From IMG/VR virus record IMGVR_UViG_3300030098_006179, positions 64,001-128,000 of that record: a stretch of DNA of 64,000 bases. One strand, written 5' to 3'. Positions 21,187 to 30,532 of the stretch are shown one piece after another. The notes below the pieces were generated by a model that had not been told where the DNA came from, searched no databases, and worked only from the letters and a program-made list of their open reading frames with translations. This DNA is from a virus. How positions within the stretch are numbered: position 1 is the first letter of the stretch; each line of letters starts with the position of its first letter. Both the position numbers and the translations under genes were made by a program.

Positions 21187-21871
21187 CCTTTTTCAATCTT
21201 TCAACAAGCTCAAACATTTTAAATTTAGGCAAATCAGAAACTGAAGTTAGTTTTTCTGCATCTTCATATTTTTCTTTAATGAGTTTCTTTTTGATTTGCT
21301 CAAAAGTAACACCCTTGTCTTTCATAACGTTTTCTAAAACATTATAAGGATCTGACTTGTTTTCTGATGAGGTCTCTGGAACAAATTTTGTATCTCCAAG
21401 TTCTTCCGCGCTAACAATGTTAATTTTAAGAAAGTTTCTAACGCAGCGCACAAAAGCTCTATTCTCAGCAATTGGTCCAAGATATAGTTTTGCAAAGCTT
21501 TTTGTGTTTTCGTGAGACGCGTCACCAATAGATGAAAAAGTTACCTCTTCTCCTTCTGTTTCATAATTTGGTTTCCAAGTAATACTACAAGTAGCTATCA
21601 CATAATTTGGTGAAGGAGATACCACATCGTACTTAACGTCTGTATACCCTCTAATTTGAGCTAGATCTTTGATCCCCCCAAGAAGAATAATTAATTGGTT
21701 ATCTTTAAGTTTGGTTACGTCAGTTTCGCTTGTACGGTCTTTGTTTGGAACAAGGTGTTCTGTTTTAATCATCTTGCGCCAATCAATTAGGCCATCTTCG
21801 TTGAAAACGTAATCTATACCTTTAATAAGACCATCTGTGTCACGCGTAATTTTATTCTTTTTGGAACTCAT
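21173..21871 (-). CDS. Putative Rad52/RecT-like single-strand annealing protein
   Basis: SIGDA...IAENRAFVRCVR resembles the (M)AETRAxxRAxR helix of Rad52-fold annealing proteins. Sits in the replication/recombination operon. Confidence 0.4.
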   Translation of the reverse strand: MSSKKNKITRDTDGLIKGIDYVFNEDGLIDWRKMIKTEHLVPNKDRTSETDVTKLKDNQLIILLGGIKDLAQIRGYTDVKYDVVSPSPNYVIATCSITWKPNYETEGEEVTFSSIGDASHENTKSFAKLYLGPIAENRAFVRCVRNFLKINIVSAEELGDTKFVPETSSENKSDPYNVLENVMKDKGVTFEQIKKKLIKEKYEDAEKLTSVSDLPKFKMFELVERLKKVNKA

Positions 21872-21877
21872 AATTTA

Positions 21878-21906
21878 ATTAAAACACTAATTTGAATTAG
21901 TGTCAA
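21878..21906 (-). promoter_or_regulatory. sigma70-type promoter TTGACA-17-TTTAAT (extended -10), 6 nt before ATG, with a 9-bp inverted repeat in the spacer
   Basis: Minus strand TTGACActaattcaaattagtgtTTTAATtaaattATG. Palindrome ACACTAATT-2-AATTAGTGT at 21884-21903. Confidence 0.65.
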
Positions 21907-23110
21907 GCATTTTTAATATGTGAAAGTTTTGAACTTCTTTCCAGAAATCTTCGTTTTGTTTTATTTGTGTTGGTTGCTGTGGATTTTCAACATCGTTTCT
22001 GTTTTCATAATCACATATACTTTTATAAACTTTAAAATTTGATAAAACTGGACCATTAGAAATGTAATATAGAGAATCTATATCTAAATCTTTTAATTCT
22101 TCTATGTCTTCTTTTTTGGGAATTTTAATATTATTTATAATATCGTTATCTAAATAATTAATCTTTTTTAAATTTGTTTCCTCTTCGCTTAAATAAGTCA
22201 TTATGTTGTATTGAATGCCCATGCTTTGAATTTCATCAATAAAATCTGGATCATCATTCTTCTCTAGAAAAAACGCCATGTGGTGTACGTTTTGTTTAAA
22301 CTGATTTAATAAATTTAAATTAATTCTTTTATTAGTTACAATAACGCATTTAAATTTAGACAATTGTTTTGCTAAATTTTGTTCATTAAAATATTTATCC
22401 ATTCTTACAAGAATCACGTTTCCGCTATCGGCATCAATATCTGCTTGTTGGTCGGGGACAAACTGTATACTTTTATTTTGATAATTGTCTCCAATGAATA
22501 CTGTTTCAAAATTAATTTTGAATTTTAAATTTAAAAAATTAAATATAGATTTTGAAATTTCTTCTGGTTTAATTTTGTTTATGTCGCCACTAAAACGGTC
22601 ATAGCTTGATTCTTTATTCCAATATGGATAATTATTATTGTTTTCTGTGTCTATGTAAACAATATTTTTATCATGCATTGAAGCAATTTCTAGATCTATT
22701 CCATTCTCAGAAACGTGAAGAAGGGAATTTTTAATTATATAAGACAAAGAACTATGATCTAATGCATTTTCAAAATTAATACAATTATTAAATTTATGTT
22801 TTATATTTGAATTAAGTAAAATTATTTTAATTCCTTCTTTTTCAAGAATAGGAAAACACAAATTAATTACATCAGCCCAGTTTCTGTAAAAGGGTAAATC
22901 TCTTCCTTCTCCCAAATATACAGTTATAAACTTATCGTAAGACATTGGATAATACTTTTCATATATCTCTGGTCTATCAATTTTTAAGCTAAGGTTATTA
23001 GCGTATGATTCAATTTCGTGCATGATAAATTTATTCTTTTGAAATTTTGTAAAAGTTTTTATTGTCAAAGAAAGAAGAGCTATACACCACCTTGAAATAG
23101 TCCGTAGCAT
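21887..23110 (-). CDS. Divergent GT9 (heptosyltransferase-like, GT-B) protein; true start probably MHEIESY (~23023)
   Basis: YRNWADVI...SLSYIIKNSLLHVSENGIDLEIASMHDKNIV...IKPEEI resembles a degenerate GT9 C-terminal lobe. Confidence 0.4.
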   Translation of the reverse strand: MLRTISRWCIALLSLTIKTFTKFQKNKFIMHEIESYANNLSLKIDRPEIYEKYYPMSYDKFITVYLGEGRDLPFYRNWADVINLCFPILEKEGIKIILLNSNIKHKFNNCINFENALDHSSLSYIIKNSLLHVSENGIDLEIASMHDKNIVYIDTENNNNYPYWNKESSYDRFSGDINKIKPEEISKSIFNFLNLKFKINFETVFIGDNYQNKSIQFVPDQQADIDADSGNVILVRMDKYFNEQNLAKQLSKFKCVIVTNKRINLNLLNQFKQNVHHMAFFLEKNDDPDFIDEIQSMGIQYNIMTYLSEEETNLKKINYLDNDIINNIKIPKKEDIEELKDLDIDSLYYISNGPVLSNFKVYKSICDYENRNDVENPQQPTQIKQNEDFWKEVQNFHILKMLDTNSN

Positions 23111-24917
23111 TAACTAAATTTTTCAACCAATTCATATCATCCATCTCGTTTGAAAATGGAATAACTTTATGAACATTTTCATTACTGTGAAAAAGGTCTT
23201 GATTTTCGTTTTGACAGGCTACATAAACATCATGATCTTTATAATCGTCTTTTATAGACTTTAATAAACTAGTTGAAATTAATGATCCTCTACCACTCTT
23301 GGGGGCAATAAATAAAATTCTATTTTCATTTTCACTCAAAACGTCTTGCATTTTTACCGTTCTGCTCTCTGAGTTTTCTTTGATCGCAACTTGCCTAAAA
23401 TAATTTTCAATACTTTTTCTGTCTGAACCTTTGGATAGCTCTGTCATCCAATATCTATGCCCTTCATCATCATCCAGAACATTTTCTCTTTTTAGAATTT
23501 TTTCATACAAGCAGGTTATCCATTTCGCGTTATCCTCTACTTGTGGTATTTCTGCATTTGGGTCTTTTTTTATGTTTTCAAAATTAAAATCATAATTAGT
23601 ATAATCGCAAGAATCTATGAAATCTTCTAAAAATTTTCCAACTGTATTTTTTGAAAAGTTTTTAATTGTCCATTCTCTAGCCCTTTTGCCAAGCTCTTGC
23701 TTCTCTGAATCGCTCATTTCTAAAACTTTTGATAATTGTTTTTGAATTGATTTTGGACACGTGGAAGCTTTTTTGAATTCTGTATTATGTTCTCTGTATT
23801 CAGACCATTCTAGAGGTAGTGAGCAAGCTTCTTCTTCGCACATTTCTTCTCCGCAGGAATAGTTTGTGACCAAGGTTATTAGCTCTGCAAGTTTTGCTTC
23901 TTGTATTGGAATTTCTTGACCACCGCTTGTGAATGGGTGACAATATACATCCATAACATTATATACCTCATTAAGTTCTTTTTCGGAAACGCCTAAATTG
24001 ATACTAGTTGTATGAACCCCGTCCTTTTTACCACAGTTAGAACAGGGCGCGCCTTGCCCTTTAAAAACTCTTATTGTGTAGTCTCCACAAGCGTCACATT
24101 TATGAGTTGTTAATATATCTGAATGATCAACTCCATATTCGTCTGCAAGCTTATGAATATTCCAACCTTCAGAAAAATTAGTGTGAAGTAATAATTTTAA
24201 ATTTTTATTTGTTTGTTGTTTTTTTAATAAAGAAAATCCTTCAAGTAGATTGGGTACAGATTTTCTAAGTTGGTTTCTAAAAACAAAACCTATAACAAAA
24301 TCGTTAGGAGTTAAGCCAGCCTTGCTTCTTAAAAGCATTCTTTGATTATGGTCAAGCTTGTAAAAAAACTTTTCATCTAATGCTCCATGTAAGGTCTTTA
24401 CATTTTCTAGACCTTGTTTTTTCATATCTTTTTCTGCAAAATTACTCCATACCCAAAAGTTATCAACTTTTTTAGCAGCATTAATAGCCGTCGGTAAAAT
24501 TGGAAGTGAATCAAGTGTTGTCCAAAGGGCTGATTCTATTTTGTTAAACCAAGGTCTAGGTATAGCAAAATCTATTCCCCATATATCTTGGACGGCAATA
24601 TAAACATCAGGCTTAAATTCTTTTACAACCTGATCAAGAAGATGGCTTCCGTATGCTGCCATTCTAGCTACCTGTGGGTCTCTAGAAAGCTCTTCCATTT
24701 GTCTTTCGTCTGATGGTAAAGTGCCAACAGATTTCCAAGGAGTTCTTTTTAAGGCTGGATTACTTTGAGGTATTCCACAGCAGTAATGTAGTATTTCGTA
24801 TTTGTTTGTAGAATACAAATAAGATAGAACCGCTCTGGCATTTCTACCAAAGCCTGTTTTGGCCAAAGAGAAATCGCTTTGAAACAATAATTTTTTCTTT
24901 TTTTCCGCCATTACCAA
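23031..24917 (-). CDS. GT4-like glycosyltransferase with CxxC-CxxC insert and GT9-like C-terminal domain
   Basis: TGFGR N-terminus, GFVFRNQLRK, LNEVYNVMDVYCHPFTSGGQEIPIQEAK. Contains CDAC-x14-CSNC. Confidence 0.75.
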   Translation of the reverse strand: MVMAEKKKKLLFQSDFSLAKTGFGRNARAVLSYLYSTNKYEILHYCCGIPQSNPALKRTPWKSVGTLPSDERQMEELSRDPQVARMAAYGSHLLDQVVKEFKPDVYIAVQDIWGIDFAIPRPWFNKIESALWTTLDSLPILPTAINAAKKVDNFWVWSNFAEKDMKKQGLENVKTLHGALDEKFFYKLDHNQRMLLRSKAGLTPNDFVIGFVFRNQLRKSVPNLLEGFSLLKKQQTNKNLKLLLHTNFSEGWNIHKLADEYGVDHSDILTTHKCDACGDYTIRVFKGQGAPCSNCGKKDGVHTTSINLGVSEKELNEVYNVMDVYCHPFTSGGQEIPIQEAKLAELITLVTNYSCGEEMCEEEACSLPLEWSEYREHNTEFKKASTCPKSIQKQLSKVLEMSDSEKQELGKRAREWTIKNFSKNTVGKFLEDFIDSCDYTNYDFNFENIKKDPNAEIPQVEDNAKWITCLYEKILKRENVLDDDEGHRYWMTELSKGSDRKSIENYFRQVAIKENSESRTVKMQDVLSENENRILFIAPKSGRGSLISTSLLKSIKDDYKDHDVYVACQNENQDLFHSNENVHKVIPFSNEMDDMNWLKNLVNATDYFKVVYSSSFFDNKNFYKISKE

Positions 24918-25423
24918 CTGTCAAATGATTCAGTTTCTTTGGTTTGTGTTTCTCCATCTTCCTTGGGGGTATAGAATGAAAATGAAGAATCTAAAGCTTT
25001 CATAAGATACTGTTTCAACAGCCTAGCTTCTCCAAAAGTAAATCCAATGATGAAAGAAGTTTTATCAGTAGAGTCCTCTTTGTTTTCTTTATTTACCGCA
25101 TAAGAAAAACCCACCTGTTTTCCTTCTCTTTCATATACTCCAAATTTGATTTTAGTAATTTGGTTTTTGCTTGAGTGGTACGCGCTAAACTCTCGGTTTG
25201 ATTCAATGGAATCAAGAATTCCTCCTACTTCACCGGCACTTAATTTTACAATAACGTTCTTGTCTGGAATTTTTTTATTTTTGACAAATGAACCCTGTCG
25301 CTTGGAAGAGTCCCAAGATGCCTGTTTGATCATTGATGAGAAGAAGGCCTTCTCGTTTGTGTTGTACCAAAAAGAACAGGCTGTTCCGGTTACTTTTGCA
25401 TTTGGTTTATAAAAATGTATCAT
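24911..25423 (-). CDS. Hypothetical protein, possibly PC4/Whirly-like ssDNA-binding
   Basis: Two beta-beta-beta-helix-like units (VKLSAGEVGGIL; IGFTFGEARLL) and an acidic tail ending FDSW. Located downstream of dnaE, with an AAGGA RBS. Confidence 0.35.
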   Translation of the reverse strand: MIHFYKPNAKVTGTACSFWYNTNEKAFFSSMIKQASWDSSKRQGSFVKNKKIPDKNVIVKLSAGEVGGILDSIESNREFSAYHSSKNQITKIKFGVYEREGKQVGFSYAVNKENKEDSTDKTSFIIGFTFGEARLLKQYLMKALDSSFSFYTPKEDGETQTKETESFDSW

Positions 25424-25440
25424 ATCTTTTTCCTTGTATT

Positions 25441-25469
25441 ATATTAAGTTTTTTTTGGGTGATTGTCAA
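25441..25469 (-). promoter_or_regulatory. sigma70-type promoter TTGACA-17-TAATAT
   Basis: Minus strand TTGACAatcacccaaaaaaaactTAATAT, followed by AAGGA and ATG at 25423. Confidence 0.6.
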
Positions 25470-28036
25470 GCTTTCTTTAGCTCTGATAATTTGGTATATA
25501 CTTTATTATCTTGGACTGTAATGATGTCTGCAAATACCGCGTCATCCATTTTTCTCCCTTTTACAAAAACAATCTCGTTCTCTTTGGGGAGTCCGTTGTT
25601 TGAAAATTTACATTCATCAATTTTATCATTAAAAATTAAAACATTCATTGATCCGTGTTCGTCGGAACAGTTTACTTTGAAATACTTTGTCTTTTTTGCA
25701 CTTCTGGAAACTCCAGAAATTGGTTTGCCGTCAATAGTTGAGACAAACGCAACGTAATTTCCCGCTGGTGTTTCTGAAACTTGTCTTAGATTAATTAGAT
25801 TATCAACATTTGAGCTAAAAATGTCTTGCAGGGTTTTGCCATAAGTATATCCCAGCAAACTTTTTTCATAATACCAGTTAGCAAAACTTTCAGATTTTCT
25901 GTTTATCTCATAAATCTCTTTATATTTTTCACACTTTCTTCTGATCGTTTGCATTCTGGAATCTTTAATAAAGACTTTACCTTTTTCGTCTTTTGTGGTA
26001 TTTAATTTTTTAATTAAAGATACAAGATCATAATTATTTTCTTTCCCAACTTTTAGTGCCATTACCTTTTCTCTTGGAGTCAAAAGGTTCCACAACTGAG
26101 CTTCGTAAACCACCTTGGTTCTTGATTGCTTAAAGTCTTCTTCTAATGCTCCCGCTTGAATCAAGGCGCACAATATACCAACGTTAAGTCCAGACTCATT
26201 GGCAGACTCAAATACCTCAAATTTATTTGAGAACGTATTTCTAAAATTATTTAACTTGTCTATTGATTTTTCAGATATACCTTTGATTGAAAGTAGTCCA
26301 AATCGGATATTGTTACCTTCAATTGAAAAGTCTAAAGAAGACTTTATGAGGTGAGGCGGCAATAATTTAATTTTAAAATAATCCAACTCTTTTTGAATCT
26401 TAGATATTTCAGCAATAGGATCTGGCTCAAACCTAGTCATTTTCAAAAGAGACAAGAAAAACTCTTTTGGATGTTTAAATTTAAGATAGGTAGTTGCTGC
26501 GGCAAGAGCAGCGTAAGCAATAGAGTGGCTTTTATTAAATGAGTAATTCGCTGAGTCCTCAAGAATTTGCCAAAGAACATCGCCAATCTTTGGGTCAAGA
26601 TTGTTTTCTTTTACTTTGTCTTTGATTTTCTTTTTCCATTTTCTAACTTCGCTCACCTTCTTTTTGCCAACAATGCGTCTTAAAATTTCCGCTTCATCAA
26701 GAGTGAATCCAATTTTATTTGCCATCTTCATTAATTGCTCTTGATACAATGCAACTCCACCCGTTTGCTTTAAGATGTCGTCAAAGAAAGAGTGGATTGG
26801 CTCGTATACCTCATGTCTTGTATACAGGGCGTATTTATTTAAAAAGCTGAGTGCCCCGGGTCTAGCAATAGCTAAAACGGCACTGAGTTGCTCTAAATTT
26901 TGTGGCCTCACTCTTTGACATACTCTAAAGTTTGTATCAGCCTCAATTTGAAAAAGACCGTGGGGAGTTTTTAAATTTTGTAATTGTTGATATATAAATG
27001 GTTCATTTAAATTTATATCATTAATAGAAATACCAATACTTTTACAAGCGTCTTCAACAACAGAAACACTTCTAAGTCCAAGAATGTCAAGTTTTACATT
27101 GGACATTGATACCCAATTCATATCAAAAGAAGTTACAGAATTCTTTTGGGAATCTAGTTCTGTCGGACAGTTTTCATTAAGTTTGCCGTGAGAAATTGCA
27201 ATAGCTGAAGGGTGAACGCCTTTGTTTTTTGCAAGACCCCTAAGCTTTAAAGCGGTTTTATATATGCTCGTGTTTTTATCACTCCACTTTCTAAAACTTT
27301 CTGACTCTTCATACGCTGATTCAATGTCTTTAATAATGCCATGAACTTTTGGGATGTATGATGTAACCTCATTCATCTCTGTTTCACTTTTTTCTTTAAT
27401 AATTTTTCCACACTCTTTAATTAATAATTTAGTATTAAGAGTGTTAAATGTAAGAATCTTTGAAGTCTTACCTTTGAATTTTCTTTCAAGATATTCTAGG
27501 ACTTTCTTTCTGTTGTAATAACAGACATCAATATCAACATCACACATCAATGAACCGTCAAGATATGTTATTCCATCAACCTCCTGTTTCTTTGCTCGGA
27601 TTTTAGATACAAACCTCTCAAAATAAAGATCATGTTTAACTGGATCAATTCCGGTTGCTCCAATTAAATACAATGTAAGGCTTCCAGCGGCAGAGCCGCG
27701 TCCAAGTCCAATTGGGATATCGTTTCTTTTACAAAAGTTAATTACATCCCACACAAGTAAAATATAATCAACAAACCCTAATTCTCTAAGTGTTGTAATT
27801 TCGTACTTAGCCCTTTCTCTGTAAAGTTGATGATCCTTGGCTGGTATATTATTTTTAATTTTATTAAAACCAGTTCTCATTAAAGCTTTGAGAAAGTCTA
27901 TGTTGCTAACGTCGGTCTTTACTCCCGCTTCTTTTTTATACTTCTCTTCAATTTTAAAAGAGGGCAATCTTACCCCATGTAATGGGATATCTAATTTTTT
28001 AAAATCTTTTATAAAATTTACAGTTCTATCATGCAT
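25466..28036 (-). CDS. dnaE: DNA polymerase III alpha subunit (family C) lacking the N-terminal PHP domain
   Basis: GRGSAAGSL, LYFERF, CDVDID, KLDILGL, RPG, LYQEQLM, YSFNKSHS, IRFGLLSIKGI, and a C-terminal OB fold. Confidence 0.95.
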   Translation of the reverse strand: MHDRTVNFIKDFKKLDIPLHGVRLPSFKIEEKYKKEAGVKTDVSNIDFLKALMRTGFNKIKNNIPAKDHQLYRERAKYEITTLRELGFVDYILLVWDVINFCKRNDIPIGLGRGSAAGSLTLYLIGATGIDPVKHDLYFERFVSKIRAKKQEVDGITYLDGSLMCDVDIDVCYYNRKKVLEYLERKFKGKTSKILTFNTLNTKLLIKECGKIIKEKSETEMNEVTSYIPKVHGIIKDIESAYEESESFRKWSDKNTSIYKTALKLRGLAKNKGVHPSAIAISHGKLNENCPTELDSQKNSVTSFDMNWVSMSNVKLDILGLRSVSVVEDACKSIGISINDINLNEPFIYQQLQNLKTPHGLFQIEADTNFRVCQRVRPQNLEQLSAVLAIARPGALSFLNKYALYTRHEVYEPIHSFFDDILKQTGGVALYQEQLMKMANKIGFTLDEAEILRRIVGKKKVSEVRKWKKKIKDKVKENNLDPKIGDVLWQILEDSANYSFNKSHSIAYAALAAATTYLKFKHPKEFFLSLLKMTRFEPDPIAEISKIQKELDYFKIKLLPPHLIKSSLDFSIEGNNIRFGLLSIKGISEKSIDKLNNFRNTFSNKFEVFESANESGLNVGILCALIQAGALEEDFKQSRTKVVYEAQLWNLLTPREKVMALKVGKENNYDLVSLIKKLNTTKDEKGKVFIKDSRMQTIRRKCEKYKEIYEINRKSESFANWYYEKSLLGYTYGKTLQDIFSSNVDNLINLRQVSETPAGNYVAFVSTIDGKPISGVSRSAKKTKYFKVNCSDEHGSMNVLIFNDKIDECKFSNNGLPKENEIVFVKGRKMDDAVFADIITVQDNKVYTKLSELKKA

Positions 28037-28656
28037 TTTAATTTATTCCATACTTTAAGGTTCAATTCAAGGTCATATAAAGCCTCATGTAGCTTATCTG
28101 GGTCAAAATCTATCTCAAATTCCTCTCCCAAGGCCTTCAGATTCGTTCTAACGCCTCTTTTGTGGGTGTGCAGTACTTTGTACTGATAGAGAAGAAAGTC
28201 CTCTCTGGGGCTAAATTTGAAGCCGTATTTGACACCCTTGGCAACACAGTTGGTATCAATGATTTTTGGCAATAAGTGCTTGTAATCGGCACCCATATAA
28301 TTGTAATAATCTTTAAGGAGGTAGATGTCAAATCCAAGGATATTATGTCCAATGATATAGTCTGCATTATCAAGCCACTCCTGCATTATTGGAAATAGTT
28401 TCTTGGCATCTTTTGCTCTTTCTTTGTAGGTGTCGTAATTAAAATGAGTGATTCGCGCCGCATCTTTGCTAACGTCAATATCTCTATTCCAAGTTAACCA
28501 AAGGTCTTGTTCGTCAATTTTGTTTTCTCCTTTGGCTTTTATCATGCCAATCTGCCAAGGCAAGTTATTCATTGAGTGAAGGCAAAGGTTTTCTGTCTCG
28601 CAATCAATAAGAACATAATTGGTGTCTTTTTTAAATCTTAATAAATGGTCATCCAT
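28018..28656 (-). CDS. DEDDh 3'-5' exonuclease (DnaQ/epsilon-like)
   Basis: ExoI IDCETE, ExoII GHNILGFD, IDT, ExoIII HEALYD. Confidence 0.85.
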   Translation of the reverse strand: MDDHLLRFKKDTNYVLIDCETENLCLHSMNNLPWQIGMIKAKGENKIDEQDLWLTWNRDIDVSKDAARITHFNYDTYKERAKDAKKLFPIMQEWLDNADYIIGHNILGFDIYLLKDYYNYMGADYKHLLPKIIDTNCVAKGVKYGFKFSPREDFLLYQYKVLHTHKRGVRTNLKALGEEFEIDFDPDKLHEALYDLELNLKVWNKLKCMIEL

Positions 28657-29003
28657 TATCGTTTAATCCTTTTGCTGTCTGAGTCTTTGTGGAACGTGCT
28701 TATTTCAATAAATTCTACGTCTCCATCGTATGCAATCAATTGATGCGGTTGCCCTCTATCTATTTCAAATGTACATCCTTCTAGTACCATATGGTGGCGC
28801 TCTTTACCCTGCTCTGTATCTATTAATATAACTTGTAGTGTTCCGTCTGTAACGTAAAAAGTTTCGTGCTTCTCCATGTGAAAATGCATGGAAGAAGTAT
28901 GTCCTTGGTTTATGTGTAGAATTTTACCGCAGTAATTTTCTTTTTCGTTATTAGCTAACCAGATTTCGTGGCCCCACTCTTTTTCTACAAATTTAGCTTT
29001 CAT
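28656..29003 (-). CDS. Cupin (mannose-6-phosphate isomerase-like)
   Basis: VEKEWGHEIW...YCGKILH...SMHFH..KHETFYV...H..., EIST. Start taken at MKAKF. Confidence 0.75.
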   Translation of the reverse strand: MKAKFVEKEWGHEIWLANNEKENYCGKILHINQGHTSSMHFHMEKHETFYVTDGTLQVILIDTEQGKERHHMVLEGCTFEIDRGQPHQLIAYDGDVEFIEISTFHKDSDSKRIKR

Positions 29004-29757
29004 TTTTTTCTTTCCAGTTTTCAAAACAAAATGTATCACTGCACATGTGTTCTAAGTTTGGTTTGTTAAGAGTTGTTCGCTTGCTAATGCACCTAAATGT
29101 TAGGTATGCTTTAAAATCTTCTTTGTTTTTATAAAACACGCTTTGGCTTTCAACTAATGGATAATCGTTTCCGTCGTTTGTAAATTCTAAGACTGACTTT
29201 TTGATCAATTCATCAAATGGCAGATTGTTATCTTCAATAAAAAATGCAACATCATTTACAAATTCAAATTCAGGAATGCAACTTTTCCCTTGTAAAATAT
29301 TTTTAAAAATAAATGAATCATAAAAAGGTACGCACAGTTTAAGATTTTTAGTCCATAAACTTTGAAGATGTTTGAAGTCTATTCTTGGTTCATAATAGAA
29401 GCCCTCCTTGGCTGCTAAATCATTAATCTTGATAAGGTCTTTATAACCTTGAGAGTTTTTAATAAAAATTACATACTTGCAATTTGTAGAAAGAGACTCC
29501 TCGTCTTTAGTTAGCATGTCTGCGCAGACCGTAAGACGTAACCCGTACATTAATTTTAAATTATTTTCTTTTGAGTTTTTATAAGCCTCAAGAAATCCAC
29601 CCATTGAATCTTCAACTAAAAAGAATTCGTTAAGTTTATTTTTTCTACATATATCAATAATAGAATCTGGAGCCACTTTATCTCCATTATCTTCATTAGA
29701 TAATGTTAAAATACTTTTTCCTAAAGAGTAGTGACTTTTAAAAAGTGGAATTATCAT
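28993..29757 (-). CDS. Stand-alone PHP domain of DNA polymerase III alpha
   Basis: KSHYSLGKSIL, VEDSMGGF, LKLMYGLRL, KNSQGYKDLIKI, GFYYEPRID match the DnaE N-terminus. Confidence 0.8.
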   Translation of the reverse strand: MIIPLFKSHYSLGKSILTLSNEDNGDKVAPDSIIDICRKNKLNEFFLVEDSMGGFLEAYKNSKENNLKLMYGLRLTVCADMLTKDEESLSTNCKYVIFIKNSQGYKDLIKINDLAAKEGFYYEPRIDFKHLQSLWTKNLKLCVPFYDSFIFKNILQGKSCIPEFEFVNDVAFFIEDNNLPFDELIKKSVLEFTNDGNDYPLVESQSVFYKNKEDFKAYLTFRCISKRTTLNKPNLEHMCSDTFCFENWKEKNES

Positions 29758-29769
29758 ATCGTTGACTTA

Positions 29770-29798
29770 ACAATAACCGCTTTATGCAAGCGAGTCAA
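29770..29798 (-). promoter_or_regulatory. sigma70-type promoter TTGACT-17-TATTGT upstream of the PHP/exo/pol genes
   Basis: Minus strand TTGACTcgcttgcataaagcggtTATTGT. The region also forms an imperfect inverted repeat (TTGACT..CGCTT/AAGCG..AGTCAA). Confidence 0.5.
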
Positions 29799-30532
29799 GA
29801 ATAAAAATGTTTAAACTGATGCACCATTGGTGCAAAAACTAATCTGTGTTCGTTTTCTGGGTGGTATATTTCTACAACTTGATCCCAGTCTTTAATTTCG
29901 TACCCATTTATAAAAAATAAAAAACTCATAAAAGCATCTAAAGCTCTTAATTCAAGGAAAGTATTTTTAGGACAGTTGTCTAAAGCGTATTGTATTTTTT
30001 CTTCAATGTCTGTTTTGAGTATTTTTTTTAAAATATCTCTATTGTATATCATCGGCGCGCTAAAAACATATTTATCTTTTAATGGTAATTTTTTTTCTTT
30101 TCTGTACTTGTTTATTGTTTGAGTCTCAAAAGGTTCAAATGTATTAAAGTCGTGAATATTGCCTCCAGCCGCAAAATTTTCTTCGGGTACATTTTCAATA
30201 TGGTTTCTGATTACAATGTCGGGTTCAAGATAAACCAACCATTTGCTTTCACATAAATCGCAGACCGTATTTAATTGATTTAATAAAATTTTAAAATCTT
30301 CTAAATCTGACATTAAAACGTATTTGCTTTCAGGGGTTATCTTTTGATAATTAATTGGCTCGTAAAAATATTGACAGTCATATTTGTGGCATATAGATTC
30401 AAGCTGATTAGATCCGCTTTCAAAGACAATAATTTTATTGTTATAAAATTTACGCACACTTCTCAAGCAGAACTCTGTAGCTTTAGGAAGCTTGTGAGCA
30501 AGCATAAAGAATGAAATATCACTAGAATTCAA
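29795..30532 (-). CDS. Putative GT-A fold glycosyltransferase
   Basis: CLRSVRKFY, WLVYLEPDIV (DxD-like), C-terminal VHQFKHFY. Confidence 0.45.
   Translation of the reverse strand: MNSSDISFFMLAHKLPKATEFCLRSVRKFYNNKIIVFESGSNQLESICHKYDCQYFYEPINYQKITPESKYVLMSDLEDFKILLNQLNTVCDLCESKWLVYLEPDIVIRNHIENVPEENFAAGGNIHDFNTFEPFETQTINKYRKEKKLPLKDKYVFSAPMIYNRDILKKILKTDIEEKIQYALDNCPKNTFLELRALDAFMSFLFFINGYEIKDWDQVVEIYHPENEHRLVFAPMVHQFKHFYS

Noticed and set aside
21150-21210. Bidirectional terminator at the convergence of the structural and replication modules
   Set aside because: The two genes overlap by 14 bp, and no GC stem-loop with a U-tract is visible.
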